DNA of 64,000 bases from positions 27,350 through 91,349 of the forward strand of contig JBJXGT010000009.1 of assembly GCA_046160105.1 (NCBI GenBank), read 5' to 3'. Origin of the DNA: Gemmatimonadales bacterium (GTDB taxonomy: Bacteria > Gemmatimonadota > Gemmatimonadetes > Gemmatimonadales > GWC2-71-9). Below the pieces are notes generated by a model that saw nothing but the letters and a program-made list of their open reading frames with translations, was not told the DNA's origin and did not search any database. Of this stretch, positions 1 through 10,027 are shown one piece after another. A program made the position numbers and the translations under genes. The stretch's first letter is position 1. Each line of letters starts with the position of its first letter.

Positions 1-1112
1 ATCAATCCGATCGCGAGGCCGGGAATCCACCGCCGCCGAGTCGCGTCGATCCACGATACCAGCCCGGCCGCGAGGAACAGGGTGACGATCGGCGCGAGGA
101 ACAGCCCGAGCCGGGGCGCGATCGGAAAGACCCGGAAGACCGCCAACGCGGCGAGCACCGGTAGCGGCCCGATCAGGATGACCGCCGTGCGGCCATCGGT
201 CGCTTGCACTACCCAGCGGATGCCATACCAGATCGGTATCAGGAGCAACCCGGGTATCAGGTCGCCGCCATGGCCGAACACCGTCGGCGACACCAAGCTC
301 ATCGTGGCGGTCCACAACCGATAGGCGAGATCCGGTGAACCGGGGTCGAGGAACTGATTCCTCCAGAACGCCGTGACATACCCGCGGAGCCACGGCTCGA
401 GGCTGAGGTGTCCGAAGTAGACCACCGCGATCAGGCCGCCGACCACGGCCGCGAAGAGGATCCTCGACCGGAGGTCCGCCGACAGCGCCACCCGCCATCC
501 CCGCGACAGGACCACGGCGGGAAGGCCGGCGGCCACCACCACGATCGCCGCCGACGAGAACCAACAGGTCAGTCCGACCGCGACACCGCAGCCAAGTGCG
601 CGCCGTGCTGACAGCACCGGACGATGCGCGAGATGGAGCAACACGGCGATGACCGCCACCGTCACCAGCGGATCGCCGCCGTAGGCCTTGAGCTCGACCG
701 CGTACTCCGCCAAAGCGGGGGACACGGCGGTCAGGGCGAGCGCGATCAGCGCGATCCGTTCGCCAGCCAGACGTCGAAACAGGAGCCAGACGGCCGGCAG
801 GTATCCGACACCGAATAACAGGGTCGGCAGCCGCAGGGCTTGTTCGCTCGGCCCGAAGAGATCGGCCGCCAAGTGCACCAACAGCAGCCACCCCGGCGGG
901 GAGATCTGCCCGAAATCGTGGACTCCCCACGTCGCCAGGAACGGCTTCCAGAGCAACCCGATGGCGACCGTGGCTTCGTCGACCCAGAGGGATCGGTTGC
1001 CGGCCCAGACGGCGAGACGGACCCCGATGCCGAGCGCGATGAGCGCCACCGGCGCCCACCGGCGCGCGGCGTTGAAACGGCGGTCGAAGGCGGCGTCGGT
1101 CACGAAGGTCAT
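1..1112 (-). CDS. Integral-membrane glycosyltransferase, GT39/ArnT-PMT-like (N-terminal ~370 aa; ORF continues beyond left edge)
   Basis: Absent from the ORF track because there is no stop in the window. My reverse-strand translation from ATG (1112-1110) reads MTFVTDAAFDRRFNAARRWAPVALIALGIGVRLAVWAGNRSLWVDEATVAIG... and stays open to base 1. It has many hydrophobic helices. The first helix is followed by an LW(V/L)DEA motif, as in ORF 22218..23801. Overlapping + strand ORFs 408..1697 are Arg/Pro-rich shadow frames. Confidence 0.6.
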   Translation of the reverse strand, partial: MTFVTDAAFDRRFNAARRWAPVALIALGIGVRLAVWAGNRSLWVDEATVAIGLLWKPFLATWGVHDFGQISPPGWLLLVHLAADLFGPSEQALRLPTLLFGVGYLPAVWLLFRRLAGERIALIALALTAVSPALAEYAVELKAYGGDPLVTVAVIAVLLHLAHRPVLSARRALGCGVAVGLTCWFSSAAIVVVAAGLPAVVLSRGWRVALSADLRSRILFAAVVGGLIAVVYFGHLSLEPWLRGYVTAFWRNQFLDPGSPDLAYRLWTATMSLVSPTVFGHGGDLIPGLLLIPIWYGIRWVVQATDGRTAVILIGPLPVLAALAVFRVFPIAPRLGLFLAPIVTLFLAAGLVSWIDATRRRWIPGLAIGL

Positions 1113-1187
1113 GAGCAAGGGTCCGGGGACAGTACCGTGTCGGACGGGGGCGGTCCTGTCAGGGTTCCCGCGCGGCGCGAGCGGATG

Positions 1188-1685
1188 CTATCGAAGGTCG
1201 CCGCCGCCGGGTTTGATCGACTCGTGGACCGCGACGATCCGCCACCGGCCGTCTTCGGGGGCAAGAACCTCGGTGCGAGCGACCACTTCCCGCCAGCTCG
1301 TCCCCGTGGTGTCAGCTTTCTCGCAGTCGAGGATCGCGGTCACCACGGCCGCTGCGCGACTGAGCACGTCGACCCGAAAGGGCTCCCGCCAGACGCATTC
1401 GACCTTGGTGTAGGAGGCATACCGAGGCGGGGCCCCGCGCACGATCGCGGCCCAGTCGCCGATGTCGCCGTTACCGACGTAGGCCGTCGCCTTGCCATAG
1501 TAGGTCAACACGGAGTCGATGACGCGGGCTCGCATTGCCGCGATCATCTCGTTCGAGACCGATCGCACCGTGTCGGCGATCGCCGCGCGGGCCGCCGGGT
1601 CGAGCTCGCCGGTCGCCGTCGAGCGGCATCCAGTCAGGACGAGCGCGAGGGCGAGGGTCGCCGCCATTCGGGTGAGGGTCGTCAT
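1188..1685 (-). CDS. NTF2-like (SnoaL/DUF4440-type) lipoprotein
   Basis: Track ORF of 165 aa. Signal peptide with lipobox (LALALVLTGC). About 140-aa mature domain with NTF2-like pattern (...YYGKATAYVGNGD...RWRIVAVHES). Confidence 0.6.
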   Translation of the reverse strand: MTTLTRMAATLALALVLTGCRSTATGELDPAARAAIADTVRSVSNEMIAAMRARVIDSVLTYYGKATAYVGNGDIGDWAAIVRGAPPRYASYTKVECVWREPFRVDVLSRAAAVVTAILDCEKADTTGTSWREVVARTEVLAPEDGRWRIVAVHESIKPGGGDLR

Positions 1686-1718
1686 CTCACAATATAGGCC
1701 GAGATAGGCGCCGCGCCG

Positions 1719-3362
1719 TTACCGGGTTGGCGGGCCGCCTCGGGGGTGTTGGGCTTGGTCCCGGCGAACCGTCTGCTTCTTGCCCTTGATCGTCGTAGCC
1801 CGGAGCGCCGCGACGATCCGGTCCAGCGACTCCTCCGGCACTTCGACCAGCGAGAACCGATCGTCGATCTCGATCGCGCCGATGCTGGCGGCGGGTACTT
1901 TCGCCTCGTTGACGATCGCCCCGACCAGATCGGCCGGTCGCATCTTCGCCTTCCGCCCGGCCCCGACGTAGATCCGGGCCATCCCGGCCGCCCCAGGACG
2001 CGGCTTGCCCAGCGCCGCTTTCGGGGGCGCGATTTCCTCGGGTTCGATCTCGGCCGCGCCAGCTCCAGCCAGGTGAGCCAGCTTCACCGCCGCAGTGGCC
2101 ACATCCATCGGATCGAATTCCTCGGTCAACGACTCGACGATTCCCCGATAGCCGTCGAGCTCGCCCGCCGCGATCGCCGCCCGGAGGGCGGTGCGAGTCT
2201 GCTCCAGTCGGGTCGCTCGGATGTCGACCGCGGTCGGCAGCTGGGCCACCTCGATCCGCTGCTTGGTCACCTGCTCGATGGTCCGGAGCATCCGGTGCTC
2301 GCGGGGCTCGAACAGCGTGATCGCCACCCCGGCTCGGCCCGCTCGTCCGGTCCGCCCGATCCGATGCACGTACGCGTCCGGCGACTCGGGGACGTTGTAG
2401 TTGACCACGTGGCTGATCTGCTCGATGTCGAGTCCTCGGGCCGCCACGTCGGTGGCGACCAGGAGGTCGACCGATCCCGCCCGGGTTCGCGCCATGGCCC
2501 GGTCTCGCTGGACCTGGGTCATCCCGCCATGGAGCGCCAGGGCCCGGTAGCCGCGCCCCGCCAGGCTCTCGGCGAGGCTATCCACCTCGGTCCGGGTCCG
2601 GCAGAAGACCAGCGCCAGGGCCGGCGCCTCGAGATCGAGCACCCTGCCTAACGCCGCCACCTTCTGGGCTCGGGGCACCAGATAGGCGGTCTGCCGGACC
2701 TTGGGCAGCACCCCCTTCGGGGTCGCCTCCCGGGCCACCAGCACCCGGACCGGGTCGGCGAGGTGACGCTCGGCGATCTTGGCGATCCGGGGGGCCATGG
2801 TCGCCGAGAAGAGCGCGGTCTGTCGTTTGGCGGGCGCGGCCGAGAGGATCGCCTCGATCTCGTCGGCGAACCCCATGTCGAGCATCTCGTCGGCCTCGTC
2901 GAGGACGATCGCCTGGACCGCCGACAGGTCGAGGGTGGCCCGGCGCAGGTGATCGAGGGCACGACCCGGCGTGGCGACCACCACGTGGACCCCGCGCCGG
3001 AGGACCCGGATCTGCTGGCTGAACTCCTGGCCCCCATAGATCGGAACGGTGGCCGCGTTGAGCGAGCGGCCGTACCGGTGGAACGCCTCCGCCACCTGCA
3101 TCGCGAGTTCCCGGGTCGGTACCAGCACCAGCACCACCGGCCGCGAAGGTGCCGGGGCTCCGGGCGGGAGCCGCTGGAGCAGGGGCAGGGCGAAGGCCGC
3201 GGTCTTCCCGGTGCCAGTCGCGGCCTGACCGAGCAGGTCGCGGCCGGCGAGGAGAGGGGGGATCGCCTCCCGTTGAATCGGCGTGGGCTCTTCATAGCCC
3301 AGCGTGGTCAGTGCGGCGACCAGCTTGGGGTCGATTCCGAGGGCTTTGAACGGGCTGGGCAT
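1719..3362 (-). CDS. deaD: DEAD-box ATP-dependent RNA helicase with C-terminal DbpA-type RNA-binding domain
   Basis: Motifs AQAATGTGKT (Walker A), PTRELA, VLDEADEML (DEAD), SAT, HRIGRTGRAG. C-terminal ARIYVGAGRKAKMRPADLVGAI...IEIDDRFSLVEV resembles a DbpA domain. Start moved to the internal ATG at 3362 (MPSPFKALGID...), because the upstream 23 codons are Arg/Gly junk. Confidence 0.9.
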   Translation of the reverse strand: MPSPFKALGIDPKLVAALTTLGYEEPTPIQREAIPPLLAGRDLLGQAATGTGKTAAFALPLLQRLPPGAPAPSRPVVLVLVPTRELAMQVAEAFHRYGRSLNAATVPIYGGQEFSQQIRVLRRGVHVVVATPGRALDHLRRATLDLSAVQAIVLDEADEMLDMGFADEIEAILSAAPAKRQTALFSATMAPRIAKIAERHLADPVRVLVAREATPKGVLPKVRQTAYLVPRAQKVAALGRVLDLEAPALALVFCRTRTEVDSLAESLAGRGYRALALHGGMTQVQRDRAMARTRAGSVDLLVATDVAARGLDIEQISHVVNYNVPESPDAYVHRIGRTGRAGRAGVAITLFEPREHRMLRTIEQVTKQRIEVAQLPTAVDIRATRLEQTRTALRAAIAAGELDGYRGIVESLTEEFDPMDVATAAVKLAHLAGAGAAEIEPEEIAPPKAALGKPRPGAAGMARIYVGAGRKAKMRPADLVGAIVNEAKVPAASIGAIEIDDRFSLVEVPEESLDRIVAALRATTIKGKKQTVRRDQAQHPRGGPPTR

Positions 3363-3577
3363 GGCGCAATATACCGGTCCGCGCCCGCGCCCCCGCATCT
3401 GGTCGCCGCCTCGACCTGCGGTCCGGTTCACGGTTCGCCGGATGCCCCTGACCGGGGTAGGTTCTTCGGGGTCGATTGCCGACCCGATGGTCGCCGCCCG
3501 ATGAGGGGCGGTCGGCGGGTTTTGCGCAACGGGTATCGAGGCGACGCAGGTGGGAACGCCATACCGAGGAGTCCATT

Positions 3578-4720
3578 ATGGTCATCCGCTCGATCCGCAC
3601 CGCGGTCCCGGCTCTCGCCGCCGTGATCCTCTGCTCCGGCTTCCAGGCCGGCGACCAACCCGAGACCGAACTGGCTGGCTTCGTCAAGGCCTACCTCGGC
3701 ATGGGCCTCCCGACCGGATGGGACGGGATCGAGAAGCTGCCCAAGTCCAAGTGGGCCGCGGGGCCGACGTCGCTCAAGAACTGCCTCCCCAACGGCGACT
3801 GCTACGCCCGCCAGGGCACCGCGACGATCGGGGGGCGCACCCTCGCGGTGGTCGCCTCGGGCGCCCGGACCATGGTCATCAACCTCTTGATTAGGAACAT
3901 GGGAGCCCCGTTAGGTGATCCCACCATCGTCGCCGCTTTCAAGGAGGCGGGCTTCTCCGCCGACCTGGCTCGCTGCCCGGTCAAGGCCGGCGCCGGCACC
4001 AACTGGTACCACCTGAAGGCCGCTGGTCTCGACTCGGCCTACTTCTCGATCCAGCCCGCCGGCCCCGGCCGGCCCAACGAGGGTTACATCCTCTCTCGAG
4101 GCGACGAGCTTCCGCCCCTCCAGCCGGCGCAGTTGGCCAACTACACCGAGCAGTGTGCGCCGGGGGCCGCCCGGAAGCCGGTCTCGACCCAGAAGCCTCA
4201 CGAGGCCCTGGCCCAGACCGTGGTGACCCTCCTGGCCCAGGCCGGCGGCCCGACGCTCTACGACTGGAAGGCCCTTCTGGCGCTTCCGACCGAGGTCACC
4301 TGGGACGGCGACGCGCCCAAGGCGGTCGACTACAAGGCGATCGGCGATCCCAACCCGATGACCTTGTCGGGCTTGGTCAGCTACGGTGGGCGGAAGTTCA
4401 CGGTGCGGGCGAGTGGGACGGCGACTCAGGTCAAGACAGTCCATTTGGAGGAACGCGGGCAGCACCCCAAGGGCGAGCACATGCTCGGCGTGGTCTATGA
4501 GAAGGGGATCGCGGTGCGGCTGGTTCGCTGCGGGCCGGTCTACACCGAGTCGACCAACAACTGGTACAGCCTCCAGAGCGCGAAGACCCGGCCGGCCAAC
4601 ATTCGTCAGTCGATCGGGTATGACGGCAACAACGTCACCGACGTCTACGAGCTCCGGCTCGACGCGACGCTCCCGACCCGCGATCCCCGCGATCGAAACC
4701 CCGGGGTGGGCGGCTGCTGA
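3578..4720 (+). CDS. Hypothetical lipoprotein with two related halves
   Basis: ATG at 3578 preceded by GAGGA (3566-3570). Signal with lipobox (PALAAVILCSG). Both halves end in a related segment (...LARCPVKAGAGTNWYHLKAAG... versus ...LVRCGPVYTESTNNWYSLQSAK...). No family recognised. Confidence 0.7.
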   Translation: MVIRSIRTAVPALAAVILCSGFQAGDQPETELAGFVKAYLGMGLPTGWDGIEKLPKSKWAAGPTSLKNCLPNGDCYARQGTATIGGRTLAVVASGARTMVINLLIRNMGAPLGDPTIVAAFKEAGFSADLARCPVKAGAGTNWYHLKAAGLDSAYFSIQPAGPGRPNEGYILSRGDELPPLQPAQLANYTEQCAPGAARKPVSTQKPHEALAQTVVTLLAQAGGPTLYDWKALLALPTEVTWDGDAPKAVDYKAIGDPNPMTLSGLVSYGGRKFTVRASGTATQVKTVHLEERGQHPKGEHMLGVVYEKGIAVRLVRCGPVYTESTNNWYSLQSAKTRPANIRQSIGYDGNNVTDVYELRLDATLPTRDPRDRNPGVGGC

Positions 4721-4725
4721 GGCCC

Positions 4726-5022
4726 ATGGGTGATGCGGCCGAGTCGATTCAGCACGAGGAAACCGGCCATCGCGGATCGTTCTTCATCGAGCGCGACGGC
4801 AAACGGGTGGCGGAGCTCACCTACAGTCGTGGCAACGCCACCCTGGTGATCATCGACCACACCGAAGTGGGCTCGGAACTCTCAGGGCAGGGCGTCGCCC
4901 GCCAACTGCTCGACGCGGCTGTTGCTTGGGCGCGCCAGACCAGTACCAAAGTCATGGCGACCTGCCCCTACTCGCTGGCCCAATTTGCCAAGGACGCCTC
5001 GATTCGCGACGTACTGCTCTGA
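4726..5022 (+). CDS. Small GNAT-like N-acetyltransferase (YjdJ/PF14542-type)
   Basis: 98 aa. Pattern ...GHRGSFFIERDGKRVAELTYS...IDHTEV..ELSGQGVARQLLDAAVAWARQTSTKVMATCPY... is typical of the short GNAT_acetyltran_2 family. Confidence 0.75.
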   Translation: MGDAAESIQHEETGHRGSFFIERDGKRVAELTYSRGNATLVIIDHTEVGSELSGQGVARQLLDAAVAWARQTSTKVMATCPYSLAQFAKDASIRDVLL

Positions 5023-5065
5023 GGTCGGTGGCGGCCTCCGGGCGTCCGGCTCGCTGTGGCCAACG

Positions 5066-5527
5066 TCAGCTCGAAGGCGGTGTTAGGCCGAGCATCCGGA
5101 GGTAGGTCACCAGGTTGCCGTAATGCAGGTTGGTATGGCCCACGTTCGCGAACAGCGGTGCCAGGGCGCCGCCGCTGTGGGCCGCGGTGCATTGGGCCGT
5201 GGCTTGGGTCAGCTTGCCGACGACGGTCGCCTTGTCGGTCGGGCCCTTCTCGATCGGATCGGCCCACTCGACCTTCTTGCCGGCCGCACGGGCGCAATAG
5301 TACCCGTAGGAATCGGCGATATGCGCCAGCATCTGACCCACGGTCCGGACCGTCGCCGCGGGCCGGTAGCCGTACTTGTCGGCGGGAACCAGGTCGGCAA
5401 CCTTGGTGACCAAGCCACTGACTTCGGTGAACCCGGCCCGGGCGATGGCGGCGGGATCGTCGGTAGACTGGGCGGCCGCCGGGACCGCGACCAGCGAGCC
5501 GAGCAGGGCGAGGCGAACAGGACGCAT
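5066..5527 (-). CDS. DinB-family protein (secreted)
   Basis: Only the C-terminal 153 codons of track ORF 5066..6358 look coding. They read MRPVRLALLGSLVAVPAAAQ (signal) then ...TVGQMLAHIADSYGYY...GHTNLHYGNLVTYLRMLG, a DinB four-helix His pattern. Confidence 0.75.
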   Translation of the reverse strand: MRPVRLALLGSLVAVPAAAQSTDDPAAIARAGFTEVSGLVTKVADLVPADKYGYRPAATVRTVGQMLAHIADSYGYYCARAAGKKVEWADPIEKGPTDKATVVGKLTQATAQCTAAHSGGALAPLFANVGHTNLHYGNLVTYLRMLGLTPPSS

Positions 5528-5720
5528 CGGGTGACTCCGGGCTGATGAGGGATGGAGCGACCGCTTCCCCGGTCGCCCTTGAAGGCCGAACGGATCATCC
5601 CCGAGCGGGGTTTCAGCCCGGGAGACATCGAAGCCAAGGGGGGACGGGAGTGGTGGTCTGCCTGGGGCGAGCGGTGGTGGACGGCTTCGTTGAATCGGCT
5701 GTGGTTTGAGGTGAGTTAAC

Positions 5721-6719
5721 TCAGGGGACCGCCGCGGGGTTGGTGACCCCGGCGCCGTTCCCACGGTCCATCGCTCGAGCGAGCCACCAGGCGACCAGCC
5801 CGATCCCGATCGCTTGGATTGCCACCGCGACCCAGGACGGGGCGGTGAACTGGGTGGCGATAGCCGGCCCCGCGTACCAGTAGTAGACCCCGCCGGCGGC
5901 GGCCGCCAGGAACGGCAACACCCGCGCCGCGTCCAATCGAAAGATCCCGACCACCAACCCAACGACCGCGAGGCTGGCGAGCGACCATCCCAGGGTGGTG
6001 GCGTAGGCCAATCCGAACGTGCCCAACGCGCCATCCGCCACTTGGTTGTAACCGATGATGAACCCCGGTAGCGCCGCGAAGAAGGCTCCGTACGGGGTTG
6101 CGATCCACCGAGCTGTCCGCCGGGCGGTTCCCAGGATCTGAGGGATCGCTTTGCTCTCGGCGAGGTCCAGGCAGCCCTGGGGCGTGCAGACCGAACAGCT
6201 CGCGCATCTGGTCCGTTCGATCCGGGCGATCGGTGCCTGACCGTAGAGCAACTCGACCGGGAGGACCGGACACAGCGCGTTGCAGAAGGCCGATCGCACT
6301 TGGAAGAGTGCTCCGAGCGCGACGGCGATTCCGCCGACCGCCGCGACCGTGATCGCAAGCGTCACGCCGTCTTGGTTGAAGAGGAACCGCCGCGCCGGCA
6401 CCAGCAGGTAGAACAGCGCCAGGCCGCCGATGGCCAACCACCGGGCCGTGCCCGACGGCAGTGGGCGGGGTCTTCCCAGGTGGTTCCCGATCTCGTTGAG
6501 GGTTGCCAACGGACAGATGCCGCGCCAGATCCTGGTCGAAACGAAGAACGTCGCTGGTAGAACGGGGATGGCGACATACCAGAGAAACCGGAGCCCGGTC
6601 GGGGGGTCGAGCAGGAGCCAGGTCAGCAACACGGGGACGGCCAGCAGCGCCGCCCGCCGCCCCACCGTCCACCCGGTGCGGGCTCCGGGCGGTCGCATCA
6701 CGAGTGGTGGACTAGCCAT
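5721..6719 (-). CDS. Polytopic membrane protein with 4Fe-4S-type Cys motifs (NapH/MauN/NosR-like)
   Basis: Multiple TM helices plus RGICPLATL, FCNALCPVLP and RTRCASCSVCTPQGC motifs. Start chosen at ATG 6719 (MASPPLV...). ATG 6698 or the longer track ORF start at 6794 are possible. Confidence 0.65.
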   Translation of the reverse strand: MASPPLVMRPPGARTGWTVGRRAALLAVPVLLTWLLLDPPTGLRFLWYVAIPVLPATFFVSTRIWRGICPLATLNEIGNHLGRPRPLPSGTARWLAIGGLALFYLLVPARRFLFNQDGVTLAITVAAVGGIAVALGALFQVRSAFCNALCPVLPVELLYGQAPIARIERTRCASCSVCTPQGCLDLAESKAIPQILGTARRTARWIATPYGAFFAALPGFIIGYNQVADGALGTFGLAYATTLGWSLASLAVVGLVVGIFRLDAARVLPFLAAAAGGVYYWYAGPAIATQFTAPSWVAVAIQAIGIGLVAWWLARAMDRGNGAGVTNPAAVP

Positions 6720-6828
6720 GGAGGGCTCCGATCGGCGGGTCGGCGCGAGGTTTCGCGGATTGCCTATCCTATCGGTCGATCCCTGAAGGGACACTGAAGC
6801 GAACGTGAGGTCCTGTTGCGCTCCGCGA

Positions 6829-8271
6829 TCAACGGCCGGGGGCGGCCGTCTCCTGGAGGAGGCGAGCGAGCTCCGCCTGGAGGGAGGGGAGCAGCGCTCG
6901 CCCTCGGGCCGATCCCATCAAGTTGGTCATCTCGTACGGGTCCGCCTCGAGATCATACAGCTCGTCCATGCCCGGCAGCTCGAGGTAGTGGACGTACTTG
7001 TGTCGGGTGGTCCGGACCGCCTGATAGCCCATGTTCCGGATCCGGGGGAACACGGCGTCGCTGTAGTACTCGATCAGGACCGACGCCCGCCACGGTACGG
7101 TCTGGCCCCGCAGGAGCGGCACCAGCGACCTGCCATGCCGGGTCACGGTGTCGGGCGCTCGGGCCAGTTCGAGCAAGGTCGGCGCCAGGTCGATCGTCTG
7201 CACCATCTCGGTCGGAGTGCCGCCGGCCGCCGCGACCGCCGGGTATCGCACGATCAGCGGAATGCGGATCGTTTCCTCGTAGGCCAACCGTCGCTCGTCG
7301 TTGAGTTGGTGCTCGCCGTAGAAGAAGCCATGATCGCTGGTCACGACGATGACGGTCCGTTGGTACTCGCCCATCGCCTTCAAGGTGTCGACGATCCGCT
7401 GGAGGCTCTCGTCGACGCCGAGGAGCATCTCGAGCCGGCCCCGGACGTCGTCGTCGGGCGTCCCGGTGCCGGGACCTAACGGCGTGACCCCGGCCAGGGG
7501 TCGAAGCAACGCCGGCTTGCCGACCACCGTCGGACCGGCGTTGGGCCGCCGAGGCACCACGGCGTTGGCGTAGCGACCCTGGTGGCGGGGGGCCGGGATG
7601 AACCCCTCGCGCTGGCCCGCCACCGCCCCCGTGCTTCCGTCGTCCCGTTGGACGACGTTGGGATGGAGCGCCTTGTGGGCCAGATAGACCAGGAAGGGCT
7701 TGCCTTCCGACCGGCGGATGAACCGGACGACATGATCGGTGAGCAAGTCGGTCACGTAGCCGGTTTCCTTGGTTCGGATCCCGTCGATGTTGAAGTTGGG
7801 ATCGAGCGCCTCGCCCTGCCCCTTCATCGCGACCCAGTGGGTGAAACCGGGGCGGGGCCCATCGTCGTTGCCCATGTGCCACTTGCCGAAGAACCCGGTC
7901 TGGTAGCCCGCCCGTTCCAGGGGCCGCGCGAATGTCTCGAGCCGGTGACTGGTCGAGTCGCGGGCGGTATTGTCGATGATCCCGTTGGTGTGGACGTATT
8001 GCCCGGTGAGGATCGCGGCCCGGCTCGGCGAGCAGAGCGGGGTGGTGGCGAAGGCGTTCCGGAACCGGACCCCGTCGCGGGCCACCTGATCGATGGCGGG
8101 GGTCTCGACGAAGGGATGTCCCTCGATGCCGAGATCGTCCCATCGGAGGTCGTCGACCAGCACCACCACGATGTTAGGCGGTCGATCGGCGGTCGTCGCC
8201 GGATCGCCCCGGTCGCAGGCCGCCAGCCCGAGGGCCAACGCGGCCCACCAACCGGCGCCAGGCCGGATCAT
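6829..8271 (-). CDS. Sulfatase (formylglycine-dependent, type I)
   Basis: Signal/lipobox MIRPGAGWWAALALGLAAC. Motifs NIVVVLVDDLRWDD and TTPLCSPSRAAILTGQY (C-x-P-x-R formylglycine motif). Start ATG 8271 overlaps the stop of the upstream FGE gene (ATGA at 8268-8271). Confidence 0.9.
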   Translation of the reverse strand: MIRPGAGWWAALALGLAACDRGDPATTADRPPNIVVVLVDDLRWDDLGIEGHPFVETPAIDQVARDGVRFRNAFATTPLCSPSRAAILTGQYVHTNGIIDNTARDSTSHRLETFARPLERAGYQTGFFGKWHMGNDDGPRPGFTHWVAMKGQGEALDPNFNIDGIRTKETGYVTDLLTDHVVRFIRRSEGKPFLVYLAHKALHPNVVQRDDGSTGAVAGQREGFIPAPRHQGRYANAVVPRRPNAGPTVVGKPALLRPLAGVTPLGPGTGTPDDDVRGRLEMLLGVDESLQRIVDTLKAMGEYQRTVIVVTSDHGFFYGEHQLNDERRLAYEETIRIPLIVRYPAVAAAGGTPTEMVQTIDLAPTLLELARAPDTVTRHGRSLVPLLRGQTVPWRASVLIEYYSDAVFPRIRNMGYQAVRTTRHKYVHYLELPGMDELYDLEADPYEMTNLMGSARGRALLPSLQAELARLLQETAAPGR

Positions 8272-9398
8272 GCCGGACCTCCCTGAGTGGTCTTCCAGCG
8301 CCGCCATTGCTCGACGGTCATCACGGTCCGAAACCCGATGTGCGAGGTGCCGGTATCCGGCGCCCCCGGGCTCCGCGCGCTGACTCGATAGCCCCGGCAG
8401 TAGGAATCGTTGCAGAGGTAAGACCCGCCCCGGATTACCCGGGCGGGCTCGCCCTCCGTACGGGGATCGAGGCTCCGGCTCGGGCCGGTCGGATTGACCA
8501 CCACCCCGCGGGCCGCGTCCGCGGCGTAGCTGTCGGGCCGATACCAGTCGAGGGTCCACTGCCAGACGTTACCTGCCATGTCGTATAACCCGAACGGATT
8601 CGCGGGGTAGCGACCGACCGCGGTCGGCGCCGCCGGATGAACCGGGAAAGTACCGGTGTAGATATGGGCCTGCGGATGGTCCCGATCGAACGAGTCATCG
8701 CCCCACGCATGGCGGCGGCGAGCCGCTCCGCCGCGCGCCGCGTACTCCCACTCGGCCTCGGTCGGAAGCCGCCGGCCCGCCCACGTGGCGTAGGCGACGG
8801 CGTCGGCCCAGGCCACCTGGACTACGGGGTGATCGTCTCTCCGATCGATCGAACTCCCCGGCCCCTCGGGATGGCGCCAATCGGCCCCCGGTGTCCATCG
8901 CCACCAGCGGGACCAAGAGGCCAAATCGACCGGGTGGCCGGTCGGGGCGAATACCAGCGCGCCCGGCACCAGCAGGGCCGGGTCGGGTGGGGGAGTGCCC
9001 GGCGGAAGCTGGCGCATCAACTCGGCCGTATCGGGCGCCCGCTCCGCCACCGTCACGTACCCGGTTGCGGCGACGAACGCGCGGAAATCGGCGTTGGTGA
9101 CCGGGTGCGCGTCGATGAAGAACCCGTCGACCTCGACCGGATGCACCGGTCGCTCGGCGGCGCTCGCGTGTTGGTCGTCTCCGCCCATGGCGAAGCGGCC
9201 GCCCGGGATCCAAACCATCCCAGGCGGGGCGTCGCCGGGCGGCCCGCTGACGGCGATGGTCGAGGCCGCCGGCCCGGGCGCGGAATCGGTTGGTCGGCAG
9301 GACAGCAGGAGCGGAGCGATCAGCCAGATCCCTCGACCGATTCCACTGACCGGGAACCGGCTGGCGGCGCCGCGGATCCGCTCAGCGACCGGCCGCAA
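8268..9398 (-). CDS. Formylglycine-generating enzyme family protein (SUMF1/FGE)
   Basis: Segments MVWIPGGRFAMGGDD...PVHPVEVDGFFIDAHPVTNADFRAFV...NVWQWTLDWY...RGGSYLCNDSYCRGYRVSARS. Start is uncertain. TTG at 9398 gives a lipoprotein-like signal (...GIWLIAPLLLSC). The track start (TTG 9461) would overlap the upstream gene by 80 nt. Confidence 0.8.
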   Translation of the reverse strand: MRPVAERIRGAASRFPVSGIGRGIWLIAPLLLSCRPTDSAPGPAASTIAVSGPPGDAPPGMVWIPGGRFAMGGDDQHASAAERPVHPVEVDGFFIDAHPVTNADFRAFVAATGYVTVAERAPDTAELMRQLPPGTPPPDPALLVPGALVFAPTGHPVDLASWSRWWRWTPGADWRHPEGPGSSIDRRDDHPVVQVAWADAVAYATWAGRRLPTEAEWEYAARGGAARRRHAWGDDSFDRDHPQAHIYTGTFPVHPAAPTAVGRYPANPFGLYDMAGNVWQWTLDWYRPDSYAADAARGVVVNPTGPSRSLDPRTEGEPARVIRGGSYLCNDSYCRGYRVSARSPGAPDTGTSHIGFRTVMTVEQWRRWKTTQGGPA

Positions 9399-9882
9399 AC
9401 GTTCGCTGCCAGATCCCAGGGTTTTTCGAGGCGAGGTACCACGCCGCCGCCAGGACCGCAAAGCTGTTGGCCGCCATGATCGACCACCAGGGGAGGAGGG
9501 GTCGGATCGAGTTGGTCAGCAACCCGACGACGATCACGGTGACCACGAAACCTCCGACGATCAATGCGGTCATCAGCGGTGCTTGGGCTGGTTGGCGTTC
9601 GGCCTGCGCCGCGAATCGCGTCACGATCAGTCCGATCAACAGCGACGCGGCGAGATGGAGTCCACTGTAGGCCGCGATCGCGACGTAGTCGAGTTGGATC
9701 GGGAGGACCAGGATGCCTGGATCGCGCACGCCTCGCCAGACGCTCTTGCCGAGGAGGTTGACCGTGTACAACGCCCCGCGAGCGGCCAGCAGATCGAGGA
9801 CCGCGTAGAACAGGGCCACCGCGCCGAAGGCGATGATCCCGACCACCAGGCCCTGGCGAACGACCCGAATCGAAGGTGCCAT
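9382..9882 (-). CDS. Hypothetical 4-TM membrane protein
   Basis: 166 aa. ATG preceded by AAGGGGGG. Four clear hydrophobic helices. Composition is unlike the surrounding shadow ORFs. Confidence 0.65.
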   Translation of the reverse strand: MAPSIRVVRQGLVVGIIAFGAVALFYAVLDLLAARGALYTVNLLGKSVWRGVRDPGILVLPIQLDYVAIAAYSGLHLAASLLIGLIVTRFAAQAERQPAQAPLMTALIVGGFVVTVIVVGLLTNSIRPLLPWWSIMAANSFAVLAAAWYLASKNPGIWQRTFAAGR

Positions 9883-10027
9883 CGGACCCCCCTTGGTCGG
9901 GAGATCCTATCGCCGACACCAGTTGCTGGCTAGGGGCTCCGCGAGCGCGCTCGACAGCGTCACCGCCCGCCCGTATGTTGGGCATCTTGGTTCTCACCAT
10001 CCAGTTCGACGAATCGAGGAGCATCCG

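Noticed and set aside
6953-8143. 396-aa alternative-frame ORF within the sulfatase gene
   Set aside because: Arg/Pro-rich frame. The sulfatase frame has the CSPSR and metal-binding motifs.
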